Origin: Bacteroidota bacterium
GTDB lineage: Bacteria > Bacteroidota > Bacteroidia > NS11-12g > UBA955
Direction of reading: 5' to 3'
Length of the DNA: 64,000 nt
Assembly: GCA_025354385.1 (NCBI GenBank)
Contig: JANXMZ010000044.1
Location: forward strand, 1,069 to 65,068
The notes under the pieces are model-generated. The model saw only the letters and a list, made by a program, of their open reading frames with translations. It did no database searches and was not told the origin of the DNA. Positions 32,322 to 41,960 of this stretch are shown here, piece after piece (the first letter of the stretch is position 1; each line of letters opens with the position of its first letter). The position numbers and the translations under genes were made by a program.

Positions 32322-32981
32322 CTACCCGTTTGCTTTCTTATGGTCAGCTAAGAACTTCGCTAAACCAATATCGGTCAGTGGGTGGTTCAATAAGCCCATA
32401 ATCGCATCTAAGGGACAAGTAACCACATGTGCGCCACACTCTGCTGCTTTTACAATGTGCAATGGATTGCGAATGGAAGCCGCTAAAATTTGTGTATCGA
32501 AATCTTGAATAGCGTAGATGTCTGAAATTTGAGAAATCAAATCCATACCGTCCCAGCTAATATCGTCTAAGCGACCGATAAATGGTGATAGGTAAGTAGC
32601 ACCTGCTTTTGCTGCAAGTATAGCTTGGCCAGCAGAGAATACCAAAGTGCAATTGGTTCTAATGCCATTGGCTGTAAACCAAGAAATGGCTTTGATACCG
32701 TCTTTAATCATTGGCACTTTAACAACGATATTAGAATCGATAGCGGCTAATTTTTTACCTTCTTCTACCATGCCTGCAAAATCGGTTGAAATAACTTCGG
32801 CACTTACATCACCTTTGCCCACTATGTCGCAAATGTCTTTGTAGTGCTTCATTACGTTCTCAGCACCTGTAATGCCTTCTTTAGCCATCAATGATGGGTT
32901 CGTCGTTACACCGTCAAGAATACCGAATTCTTTGGCTTCTTTAATCTGTGCAAGATTAGCTGTATCAATAAAAAATTTCAT
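32322..32981 (-). CDS. Fructose-6-phosphate aldolase / transaldolase-like (Tal-FsaA family)
   Basis: [31 protein letters not shown]. The ORF-track N-terminal extension to 33020 was rejected. Confidence 0.85.
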   Translation of the reverse strand: MKFFIDTANLAQIKEAKEFGILDGVTTNPSLMAKEGITGAENVMKHYKDICDIVGKGDVSAEVISTDFAGMVEEGKKLAAIDSNIVVKVPMIKDGIKAISWFTANGIRTNCTLVFSAGQAILAAKAGATYLSPFIGRLDDISWDGMDLISQISDIYAIQDFDTQILAASIRNPLHIVKAAECGAHVVTCPLDAIMGLLNHPLTDIGLAKFLADHKKANG

Positions 32982-33115
32982 TGCTACAAAAGTACAGCGC
33001 GCAACTGGGAGAGTAGCCACAAGTTTTTAACAAAAAACCCGTAGGCATCCTTCGTCCGATAACAATCGGACAGGCTCAAGATAAAAGTTTGCAGTTTGCT
33101 TATAAGCAACATTGC

Positions 33116-34801
33116 TTAGTGAACGTCTCTTGTTAATTTTTTAATCATAGGGCTAATAATAATAAGCAAAATACCAGCACCTAATGATATATAGCCTATC
33201 AATTGATAACCTTCGGTATAAAGGTTTAATTTTTCTAAATTGGTTAAGTCGCCCGAAGAACCATTGGAAGCCATTTCAGCACCTATTATTCCCGCGCCAT
33301 ATTGGCCATAAGCACTGGCTAAAAACCAAGTGCCCATCATCATACCCACCATTCGCTTAGGCGATAATTTTGTTATCATCGATAAGCCAATTGGAGAAAG
33401 ACAAAGTTCCCCCAATGTAATCACTAAATAGGCTAAACAAAAAATTAATAACGGTGTTTTGCCATCGGCATCTGCAAAATTTTTACTGATATAAAAAGTT
33501 AAAAACCCTAGTCCTAAAAAAACAAAACCTAATCCAAATTTAACAACTGTATTTGGTTCCATTTTTCTTTTCGCCAACCATACCCATAGTAAACCAATGA
33601 GTGGACTGAAAAGGACAACCCAAAGAGCATTAATGGAATTGTTAACAGAGGTCATGTTTAAACCATTACTTCTAACATTACCTACTGCAAAGAAATTTAA
33701 AGAGCCACCACCTTGTTCGAAAAACGACCAAAATAAAACAGAAAAGATGATGAGTATAACTGCAGCTAACATTTTGCCAAATTCTTCTTTTGCTAATTTT
33801 ATTAAGGAGGCAACTAGATAAATTAAGATTACTGCTGCCAAACTAATCATAAAAATGTCTGAGAACTGAACCATGTTAGGTTGTAATGTGCCATTTGCTT
33901 CAACTTGTCCTAATAAAAAACTTAAATCAACTTCGAATGGAAAATAAATTAATAAAAAGAAAAATGGAATAAAGAGCAATGTGGCAGTCATTGTTAACCA
34001 TCCCCTTTTTATACCAAAAATAGGAGCATTGAATTTTTCTTCATCTTGTGTTTTTCCAATTGGCCCAAGTGTCTTTTGAGTAAATGCAAATAAGCCCAAG
34101 CCACTTAACATACATACACCTGCTAAGGCAAAGCCGAGCGACCAACTTACCGAGGTTCCGATATAGGCAATTGTTAAACCACTTAGCAATGCACCAATAT
34201 TAATCCCAGCGTAAAATAAGCCATAGCCAGCATCTCTTCTTGGGTCGTCTGGACGGTATAAGTCACCAATCATTGTAGAAATATTTGGTTTGAAAAAACC
34301 GTTGCCAACAATTAAAATACTAACGCCTAAATAAAAAGTTAAACTGCCAGGTATGGCCATTAAGAAAGTTCCTGCCACCATTAATAAGCCACCCCAAAAG
34401 ATGGATTTTCTAAAGCCAAATAATTTGTCAGCAAATAATCCACCAATAAAGGCCATGGCATAAATAAAAGCTTGAATAAGCCCATAACGTTTATTTGAAA
34501 TTACTTCCGCTTCGTCACGGTTACTTTGTGGTGAGGTTTCAATATAATAGCGGGGATGAGATGGAGTTAACTCTTCTTTATTTTCGTTATAGAAAGTCGT
34601 TTTCTTTATTGCTAATGCATCCTCTGTTAATGGTTTGTAATTAACTGAAAGTATAAGGTGCGAAATGTATAAACCTAGTAAGGCTCTCATTCCATAAAAG
34701 CAAAATCGCTCCCACATTTCTACTAAAAACAGAATCCAAAGTTGTTTAGGATAGGTGCCTTTAAATCCTTGTATCGATTCAAGTGTATACTCTTTTTGCA
34801 T
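33116..34801 (-). CDS. POT/PTR2-family di-/tripeptide:H+ symporter
   Basis: 561 aa, multi-TM, ExxERFxYYG signature (EMWERFCFYGMRALL). Confidence 0.85.
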   Translation of the reverse strand: MQKEYTLESIQGFKGTYPKQLWILFLVEMWERFCFYGMRALLGLYISHLILSVNYKPLTEDALAIKKTTFYNENKEELTPSHPRYYIETSPQSNRDEAEVISNKRYGLIQAFIYAMAFIGGLFADKLFGFRKSIFWGGLLMVAGTFLMAIPGSLTFYLGVSILIVGNGFFKPNISTMIGDLYRPDDPRRDAGYGLFYAGINIGALLSGLTIAYIGTSVSWSLGFALAGVCMLSGLGLFAFTQKTLGPIGKTQDEEKFNAPIFGIKRGWLTMTATLLFIPFFFLLIYFPFEVDLSFLLGQVEANGTLQPNMVQFSDIFMISLAAVILIYLVASLIKLAKEEFGKMLAAVILIIFSVLFWSFFEQGGGSLNFFAVGNVRSNGLNMTSVNNSINALWVVLFSPLIGLLWVWLAKRKMEPNTVVKFGLGFVFLGLGFLTFYISKNFADADGKTPLLIFCLAYLVITLGELCLSPIGLSMITKLSPKRMVGMMMGTWFLASAYGQYGAGIIGAEMASNGSSGDLTNLEKLNLYTEGYQLIGYISLGAGILLIIISPMIKKLTRDVH

Positions 34802-34871
34802 AGAGACAATATTAAATAAAAAAAGCCTTGTAAAAAAATTACAAGGCTTTTTGAAATATGTTAAATTGATT

Positions 34872-36671
34872 TTATTTTACACCGTGCATACGTTTTATTA
34901 ACCATCTATACATTGAAAGTAATAGAATTGCCGCAGATCCACTTAGTACGATAAATACACAAAAGAAAATAAATAGATTGTTAATCTCTATTCCTAAAAA
35001 TGATGGAATTTTTGCACCTGCTTCCGCGGGTGCTTCACCTGCACCAGGAGGTATTAGTGCAGATAAGGTTCCTGCAAATTTATTTGCAACAGCATTTGCA
35101 AGGAACCAAGTTCCCATTAACAATGAGGACAAGCGTAAAGGGGCTAATTTGCTTACCATACTTAAACCAATTGGGGATAAACAAAGTTCTCCCATTGTAT
35201 GAACAATATATAACGCGAATAACCAGAACATTGCAATTTTAGTTTGAGAGTCAACACCATGCACTGCATAGGCAATTATCACATAGCCTATTGCAACTAA
35301 TGAAAGCCCCATAACCATTTTAATTGGTGATGATGGTTCCATATTTACTTTTGCTAATTTACCCCATAATACAGTGAAAACAGGGGCAAGCAAAATAATG
35401 GCAAGTGGGTTAATCGACTGAAACCATGAAGCTGGAAACTCAATCATGTTAAAGTCATTTAAATGCCCAGTAAATGTTAATGCAACCAAGATAACTATTA
35501 TTATAACTTGTAAAGTTAAAATGAGTGATTTGCTCCACTCAAAAAACCAACCAAATGCTTTCATTAAGAAATAGAATAGAATTGAACCAATAGCTAGTAC
35601 AAAATATTTACTAATATTAATACTTACAGCTCTGTCAACTTGAGCATCTGCAAATAAAGTTAAGGATGCTCCTGCTTGTTCAAAACACGCCCAAAAGAAA
35701 ATAACAAAAAATGCTAATATGAAAATTACAATGATTCGCTCTCTTTCATCTTTTGTTAGTGTCTTATTACTCAATAAAAGTATTGGCATAATTACTATTG
35801 ATGCATAAATTAAATATGCTATAATATCAATATTTGCAATTGTATTTGCGATTGTGCCTTCTAAAGCCACTTCCGATGCCCCAAAGATAGCTGTTACAAT
35901 AAATTTAAAATTTAAGAGTCCGAAAATGAAAACAATTGAACCTATAATAACCCCATAAGTTTTTAAATCCATTTTAGCTTTAGGCATTCCAATAGGAGTC
36001 CCATCCGGGCCCTTTAAATGTTTGTTTTTTAATAATTCAAAGGATATGGTACTTAGGATCATCCCAATTGCCGCTGCTAAAAATCCCCAACGGTAATCAT
36101 GGATACTACCTCCAATTGGTTGTGCTAAAGTTCCGCAAATAAGTGGTGAGAAAAACGCACCCATATTGATCCCCATGTAGAAAATTGTAAATGCACCATC
36201 TACACGAGAGTCATTTTTTGGATATAATTGACCTACCATGGTAGAAATATTTGGTTTAAAAAAACCATTTCCAACAATTAATAAGGTCAATCCCGCCCAC
36301 ATAAAGGTTATTGCCGATGGGCTTTGGACTCCATCTGTAACGGCACTTCCGCTCATGAATAATAAGAACTGACCTAAAGCCATTAGTAGTCCACCAACTA
36401 AAATGCTTCTTCTGTTTCCCCAAAATTTATCAGCAATATAACCACCAAGCAATGGGGTTAAATAGACTAAGCCAGTAAAACTTCCAAAAATATTTGAAGC
36501 AGTTGCTCCACTCATGAATAGGGCTTTTGTCATGAATAAAACGAAGATTGCTCTCATTCCATAATAACTGAACCTTTCCCACATTTCAGTAAAAAACAGC
36601 AGGTATAATCCTCTTGGGTGCCCTTTATCCGAGGCATTTACTTTGTTCTGATCTTCTACAATTACATCCAT
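34872..36671 (-). CDS. POT/PTR2-family peptide transporter (second paralogue)
   Basis: 599 aa; EMWERFSYYGMRAIF. Confidence 0.85.
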   Translation of the reverse strand: MDVIVEDQNKVNASDKGHPRGLYLLFFTEMWERFSYYGMRAIFVLFMTKALFMSGATASNIFGSFTGLVYLTPLLGGYIADKFWGNRRSILVGGLLMALGQFLLFMSGSAVTDGVQSPSAITFMWAGLTLLIVGNGFFKPNISTMVGQLYPKNDSRVDGAFTIFYMGINMGAFFSPLICGTLAQPIGGSIHDYRWGFLAAAIGMILSTISFELLKNKHLKGPDGTPIGMPKAKMDLKTYGVIIGSIVFIFGLLNFKFIVTAIFGASEVALEGTIANTIANIDIIAYLIYASIVIMPILLLSNKTLTKDERERIIVIFILAFFVIFFWACFEQAGASLTLFADAQVDRAVSINISKYFVLAIGSILFYFLMKAFGWFFEWSKSLILTLQVIIIVILVALTFTGHLNDFNMIEFPASWFQSINPLAIILLAPVFTVLWGKLAKVNMEPSSPIKMVMGLSLVAIGYVIIAYAVHGVDSQTKIAMFWLFALYIVHTMGELCLSPIGLSMVSKLAPLRLSSLLMGTWFLANAVANKFAGTLSALIPPGAGEAPAEAGAKIPSFLGIEINNLFIFFCVFIVLSGSAAILLLSMYRWLIKRMHGVK

Positions 36672-36736
36672 AAATTTATTATTTTTTAATATTAATAGGC
36701 AATAATATCCATTTTTATTTACAAATCAATTCACTC

Positions 36737-38947
36737 CTATAAATTCTTTTCGAAGTAGGAACTGATTTTACTGAATAAATGCAATCTGATTTTACCTCCT
36801 CTAATACCATGATTGGTGTTTGGATAGTATGCGGCATCGTAAGGAATATTTTTCTCGTTCATGGTTCTTACCATTTCAACAGCGTTCTGAAAATGGACAT
36901 TGTCATCGGCTGTACCATGTATCAGCAGGTAATTACCTTTTATTTTTTCAACATGGTTAATTGGTGAATTCAAATCGTAGCCATCTGCATTCTCTTGAGG
37001 GGTTCGCATGTAACGCTCTGTATAAATATTGTCATAATAACGCCAGTTGGTAACCGGTGCTACTGCCACTGCGGTTTTAAAATAATCGGCCCCTAGCGTA
37101 ATGCAATTGCTGGCCATAAAACCACCATAGCTCCAACCAAAAATGCCAATTCTGTTTTTGTTAATGTAGGCTTTAGATCCAAAATATTTTGCGGCTTCAA
37201 TATAGTCCATTGTTTCGTATTTGCCCAATTGTAGGTAGGTCATTTTTTTGAATTCCTCACCTCGTCCACCACTACCGCGATTGTCAATAGAAATAATGAT
37301 GTAGCCTTTAGCTGCCATGTATTGGTACCATAAATAATTGGCCCCGGCCCATTGGTTTTTGACGGTTTGGTAGCCTGGTCCGCCATACACAAAAAAGATA
37401 ACAGGGTATTGTTTGGTGCTGTCAAAATTGGGTGGTAGTATGCGCCAATAGTCAAGTCTCACGTTTTCTGTAGACATAAAGCTGCCAAAATCTACCTTGC
37501 CCAAATTTAGGTTCATTAACTTTGTATTTAAGGCCTCATTGTTTTCTAAACTGCGGACCACTTTACCTTCCAAATTCTTGATAACAGTTATAGGAGGGGC
37601 GGTAAGGGTAGAGTAATTATCAGTAAAATAACTGTAGTTAGAGGTAAAGCTAATGGTGTGCCAGCCCGGCTCTGTCGTAATTTGCAGTATCTCTTTGGTG
37701 CCGAGGTCTACCGAATACAATTGCCTTTCGCTAGGCTTGTTCATCCCAGTTGTAAAGTAGGCTTTGCCGTTGTGAATGCCGAGGTATTGATCAATGTCCC
37801 AAGCACCAGTTGTAACGGCCACATCTTTGTTGTTTTTAATTAAATTATTATGGTCTGCCAGAGTATAAGAAACATCTTCCATTTTATACCACAATTGGTT
37901 GTAACCCTTTTTCTCGGATAAATAATACATGGCATTGCCGGCTCCTTCTTTTCTATCCAAACTATTAATGTTTAAATCATTTACCTCAACATAATACTTG
38001 TTGTCTTCTGTATAAAATAGGTTGCAAGCGCCTTTTTCAACATCGGCCAACAATACTTCTAATTTATTTTGGTGCCTGTTCAGTCTCTGAATGCTCAATC
38101 TGTTTTCATTTACCCAACAAATGCGTGGTAAATATTGATCGTTCTCCGAACCTGTTATGCATTTAACAGATTTCTTTTTAGCCACCTTATAAATGTATAC
38201 ATCTACAACACTATTGGGTTGGCCAGCCTTAGGGTATTTCCATGTTTCGCGGGTGGGGTATAATGGTCCGTAAATATCCATCCCAAATTCGGGTACCTTG
38301 CTTTCATCAAACCGGTAATAGGCCAAGTGTTGCCCGTCGGGGCTCCATTCAAAGCCTTTGCTCATGCTAAATTCTTCTTCATAAACCCAATCTACACCGC
38401 CATTAATGATGGCATTTTTTTTACCATCTTTGGTAACTTGTATATCCTTATTTTTTGCAAGGTCGTAGTAATATAAATTATTGTCACTTACATAAGCAAC
38501 CTTGGTGCCATCTGGACTTAAAGTAGCATACATGATTTTTTGATTGGAAATCTGGGTCAGTTTATTAGAAACAATGTCATAAAGATAGGAATTGCTTTTA
38601 CCACTGTGGCGATACACCTGCTCAAAGCCATTGGTAATAACCACTTTCTTTTCATTAGTACTAAACGTGAAACCTTCTATGCCTATAGGCTTTCCGTCTA
38701 CTAAAATTTTATCTGTAGAAAATAGGCTCGTTATTTTATTGCCTGTGGCGATGTCGTAACGGTTGCATGATAGTGATTTATCAGCATTTTGGTCGAGCTT
38801 ACAATAGCTAATTCCATCGGCCATGCTTTGAAAGCCTTGAACAGATTTTGGGGAGTATTCTCTGCTGTTCCAAATGTTTTCGAGGGTGAGTTGAGCATTA
38901 ACTTGTAAGGAGACCGCAAACAAGAGAAGGATAAATAATTGCTTCAT
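36737..38947 (-). CDS. S9B dipeptidyl-peptidase IV-like serine peptidase
   Basis: 736 aa. Signal peptide, N-terminal beta-propeller, and C-terminal alpha/beta hydrolase with GWSYGG. Confidence 0.85.
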   Translation of the reverse strand: MKQLFILLLFAVSLQVNAQLTLENIWNSREYSPKSVQGFQSMADGISYCKLDQNADKSLSCNRYDIATGNKITSLFSTDKILVDGKPIGIEGFTFSTNEKKVVITNGFEQVYRHSGKSNSYLYDIVSNKLTQISNQKIMYATLSPDGTKVAYVSDNNLYYYDLAKNKDIQVTKDGKKNAIINGGVDWVYEEEFSMSKGFEWSPDGQHLAYYRFDESKVPEFGMDIYGPLYPTRETWKYPKAGQPNSVVDVYIYKVAKKKSVKCITGSENDQYLPRICWVNENRLSIQRLNRHQNKLEVLLADVEKGACNLFYTEDNKYYVEVNDLNINSLDRKEGAGNAMYYLSEKKGYNQLWYKMEDVSYTLADHNNLIKNNKDVAVTTGAWDIDQYLGIHNGKAYFTTGMNKPSERQLYSVDLGTKEILQITTEPGWHTISFTSNYSYFTDNYSTLTAPPITVIKNLEGKVVRSLENNEALNTKLMNLNLGKVDFGSFMSTENVRLDYWRILPPNFDSTKQYPVIFFVYGGPGYQTVKNQWAGANYLWYQYMAAKGYIIISIDNRGSGGRGEEFKKMTYLQLGKYETMDYIEAAKYFGSKAYINKNRIGIFGWSYGGFMASNCITLGADYFKTAVAVAPVTNWRYYDNIYTERYMRTPQENADGYDLNSPINHVEKIKGNYLLIHGTADDNVHFQNAVEMVRTMNEKNIPYDAAYYPNTNHGIRGGKIRLHLFSKISSYFEKNL

Positions 38948-39039
38948 GGTTGAATATATAAACCACGAAAATAGTAGAAAAAAGAGAGGTACAAAAATTA
39001 GTTAGATAAACGGGGTGGCAGGAATAAGGTTTGGGTATA

Positions 39040-39880
39040 TTTTACCACATAAGTTAGATAGGTTTTTTTCTTTTTGATTTTTGGAATTATACTCACTATA
39101 GGGATATATCAAAAGCTTTACTCTTTCCGAATGTATTTAAGTGAACATAAGTTTTTTTTGCTATGCAAAAAAATGGGTAGCTCTGGCTTTTGTAGCTAAC
39201 GATTTTAGTGAGTTAATTAATTGCTAGGGCTATTTATGTTAAAGCACTTAGGAAATGTGTTTAATGTTCAGCTAAGTGAGTGTAGTATTCATTCACTAAA
39301 GTTTTTTGTCCTTCGTGGAATAAATTTTTTACATTGAAATTTAATAGTAATCCACGTGGTATTTTGAGAAGTTTCATATAGCTCAATACTTGCGCTTCAT
39401 GGATTGGAGCAAACTCCTCAATTGATTTAATTTCAACAACCATACATCTTTCAACTAAGAAGTCACATCTAACATTAGATTCTAATATATTGCCCTTATA
39501 AGTTACAGGTATTACAAATTCAGATTCAAAATTGATTTTTCGAATTCCTAACTCGTGAATTAAAGATTGATGATAAATACTCTCTAGCAGTCCAGGCCCA
39601 AGTGTCTTATGCACCTCTATTGCAGCAGCATTAAATTGATAGGTTAAGTCTTTTAAGTACGCCTTGGTGATTTTCATATTTTCAAATTTTAGTTTCATCA
39701 AAAATGCAAAATGTATTTTAAAAGTCAAAAAAATATATTCTTCAATCTTTTTTACAAAGTAAAAAAGAACTTATGTTGACTTAGATAAACTGAATCGGAG
39801 CAACAAAATTTTGATTTGATATGGAAATTTATTGGTCATATCAAACTAAAAATAATACTTATCTAACTTATGTGGTAAAA
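39040..39880. mobile_element. Cassette bounded by perfect 21-bp inverted repeats, carrying a GxxExxY gene (IVS-like or MITE-like)
   Basis: TTTTACCACATAAGTTAGATA at 39040-39060 and its exact reverse complement at 39860-39880. TTAGATAAAC direct repeats sit at 39002 and 39781. Confidence 0.4.
39261..39677 (-). CDS. GxxExxY protein (PD-(D/E)XK nuclease-like superfamily)
   Basis: GPGLLESIY plus D...VVEIK motifs. The start was chosen at MKITKAY. The ORF-track start at 39728 adds 17 aa. Confidence 0.8.
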   Translation of the reverse strand: MKITKAYLKDLTYQFNAAAIEVHKTLGPGLLESIYHQSLIHELGIRKINFESEFVIPVTYKGNILESNVRCDFLVERCMVVEIKSIEEFAPIHEAQVLSYMKLLKIPRGLLLNFNVKNLFHEGQKTLVNEYYTHLAEH

Positions 39881-41943
39881 GTGTCTTTGTTAGTGTATGT
39901 CTGCGGTGCTTCACATACCTTGTCTTTGCAAGGGTAGATAAGGGCTTCGCCCATGTATTGTTTGCCTTCGAAGAGTGGTATAACAGTGTCCTTACCCGCA
40001 AAGCCAAACAGGGCATTCGGGGTTTTGTAATGTTGTTTAAGTGGCAGTGTGTTTCTTAAATTTTCATCAGCTGCTAAAATAATTTGATGGGTGCCTTCCT
40101 CTTTGAGTAATTGCAAAGCCGCCCAATGACTGTACCAAGGTGCACTTTTTTGTATGCTTGGTGTTAATGCATTGAGCATGGTTTCGGCAAAAACAAACCA
40201 ATCGGTATGATAAAAATAGAATGATAAGCGCCAAAGATTATGTGCCATGATACTATTGCCACTGCTAATTACATCATCGTTTACATCGTATTTAGGTGTG
40301 ATTAGAGTTTCGCTAGCATTAGCATTGAATTCAAAGAAACCATTTTTCTTGTTGTAGAAATTGGCTACAGTGTATTCGCAAATTTCCTTAGCTTTTAATA
40401 AATGGGCTTCGTTAAAAGTTGCCTGATAAGTGGTGATTAATCCATCAATCAAAGTAGCATAATCTTCTAAGAAAGCATCAATCTTTACCTGTCTATTTTT
40501 GCTGGTGCGTTTCAGTCCTTCAAAAGAATAATAAGTACTTGTAATGGTGTTTGCTAAAGCATTAGCTTGTGTTGCAAAGCTCGGTTCATCTAGCCACAAC
40601 GCGGCTTCGGCCAAGGCTTTTAACATAAGGTTATTCCAACTGCAAATGCATTTATCGTCTAAGCCAGGGGCAATTCTTTTTGAGCGAAAGGTTTTTAATT
40701 TTTCAAGTCCTACTGCAATCAAAGTTGTTAATTTTTGTTCATCATTATTGAGTTGTTGTGCTGCATTATCGATGGTATCAATGGCATATAAAATATTGCG
40801 GTTGTGCTCCCAATTGCCAGTGGGAATACACTGGTAATAGCGACAGAAATCACCCGCAGTATCGCCTAATACGTTGGTTAATTCTTCGTAGGTGTAAGTG
40901 TAATATAAACCTTCTATACCCTCGCTATCGGCATCATAAGCAGAGTAAAATAAACCATTCTCTGCTTTCATTTCGGTATTGCAAAAGGCTAAAGTATCGA
41001 GTGCTATTTTTTTGTAAAATAGATTTTGAGAAATAGCATAGGCATAGCTATACAAACTAATCAATTGGGCATTGTCATATAACATTTTTTCGAAGTGAGG
41101 AGCAAACCATCTTTTGTCTACCGAGTAGCGCGCAAAGCCCCCTGCCACTGGATCGTAGATACCGCCTAATGCCATCTGTTTTAAAGTAAACAAACCCATA
41201 TCGGTAGCACTTTGATTGTTTTTTAATTCCCCATATTGTAACAAGTAACGGTAGTTCGAAGGCATGGGGAATTTAGGTGCGCGGTTCGGTCCACCATAAA
41301 CCGTGTCGTATTGTGCTTCGAATACTTTTAATATTACATCACCTATTTTTTCATTCGAGGCAGTAGTGTTTAATGCAGGTGCTAAGCTCATGTTGGCAAT
41401 GCCCTGACTTAATTTCTTAGCATAGTCAATAGCAGTTTGTGGTTCCTTTTGCCACAAACCATGCAGGTTCAAAAGGAGTTCTTGCCACTGGGCTTTGGGG
41501 GCATAAGTCATGGCATGCAAGGGGCGCTTGTCGGGCAAAGTAAATGCATTCAAAGGCCAGCCGCCATTGCCATTTACTAGTTGACAAGCATCCATGTATA
41601 TTTGATCCACATCGGGCAATTCTTCTCTATCTATTTTTATACAAACAAAATGTTCATTCATAATAGCTGCTGTGGCCTCATCTTCGAAACATTCGTGGGC
41701 CATCACATGGCACCAATGACAAGCGCTGTAACCAATGCTTACAATCATCAATTTATTTTCTCTGCGCGCTTTTTCAAAAGCCTCTTCTCCCCACTCATAC
41801 CAGTCGACTGGGTTATAGGCATGCTGTACCAAATAGGGGCTTAAAGAATTAATTAAGCGATTTGTTTTTTTGTATGAATTTTCCAAAATAGATTTGTAGC
41901 TTGTGGTGAGTAATAATGGTCGCGCAAAAATAAACAATACCAC
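39868..41943 (-). CDS. Thioredoxin-domain protein YyaL/DUF255 (N-acylglucosamine 2-epimerase-like fold)
   Basis: [16 protein letters not shown]...[12 protein letters not shown]; 691 aa. Confidence 0.85.
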   Translation of the reverse strand: MVLFIFARPLLLTTSYKSILENSYKKTNRLINSLSPYLVQHAYNPVDWYEWGEEAFEKARRENKLMIVSIGYSACHWCHVMAHECFEDEATAAIMNEHFVCIKIDREELPDVDQIYMDACQLVNGNGGWPLNAFTLPDKRPLHAMTYAPKAQWQELLLNLHGLWQKEPQTAIDYAKKLSQGIANMSLAPALNTTASNEKIGDVILKVFEAQYDTVYGGPNRAPKFPMPSNYRYLLQYGELKNNQSATDMGLFTLKQMALGGIYDPVAGGFARYSVDKRWFAPHFEKMLYDNAQLISLYSYAYAISQNLFYKKIALDTLAFCNTEMKAENGLFYSAYDADSEGIEGLYYTYTYEELTNVLGDTAGDFCRYYQCIPTGNWEHNRNILYAIDTIDNAAQQLNNDEQKLTTLIAVGLEKLKTFRSKRIAPGLDDKCICSWNNLMLKALAEAALWLDEPSFATQANALANTITSTYYSFEGLKRTSKNRQVKIDAFLEDYATLIDGLITTYQATFNEAHLLKAKEICEYTVANFYNKKNGFFEFNANASETLITPKYDVNDDVISSGNSIMAHNLWRLSFYFYHTDWFVFAETMLNALTPSIQKSAPWYSHWAALQLLKEEGTHQIILAADENLRNTLPLKQHYKTPNALFGFAGKDTVIPLFEGKQYMGEALIYPCKDKVCEAPQTYTNKDTFTT

Positions 41944-41960
41944 GATAGAAGTTAGAGCAG

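Noticed and set aside
32206-32508. 100-aa + strand ORF spanning the 15-bp tandem repeat
   Set aside because: It overlaps the C-terminus of the fsa/transaldolase gene on the opposite strand and has no family resemblance. The repeat is more parsimoniously non-coding.
32982-33020. N-terminal extension ([13 protein letters not shown]) of the fsa ORF
   Set aside because: The Tal/FsaA family begins at MKFFIDTAN. The extension probably reflects an alternative-start call in the ORF track.
33031-33071. Hairpin GTCCGATAACAATCGGAC plus a distant A/T run, as a terminator for the POT gene
   Set aside because: The U-tract lies about 16 nt from the stem, which is too far for a canonical intrinsic terminator. 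It is left unannotated.
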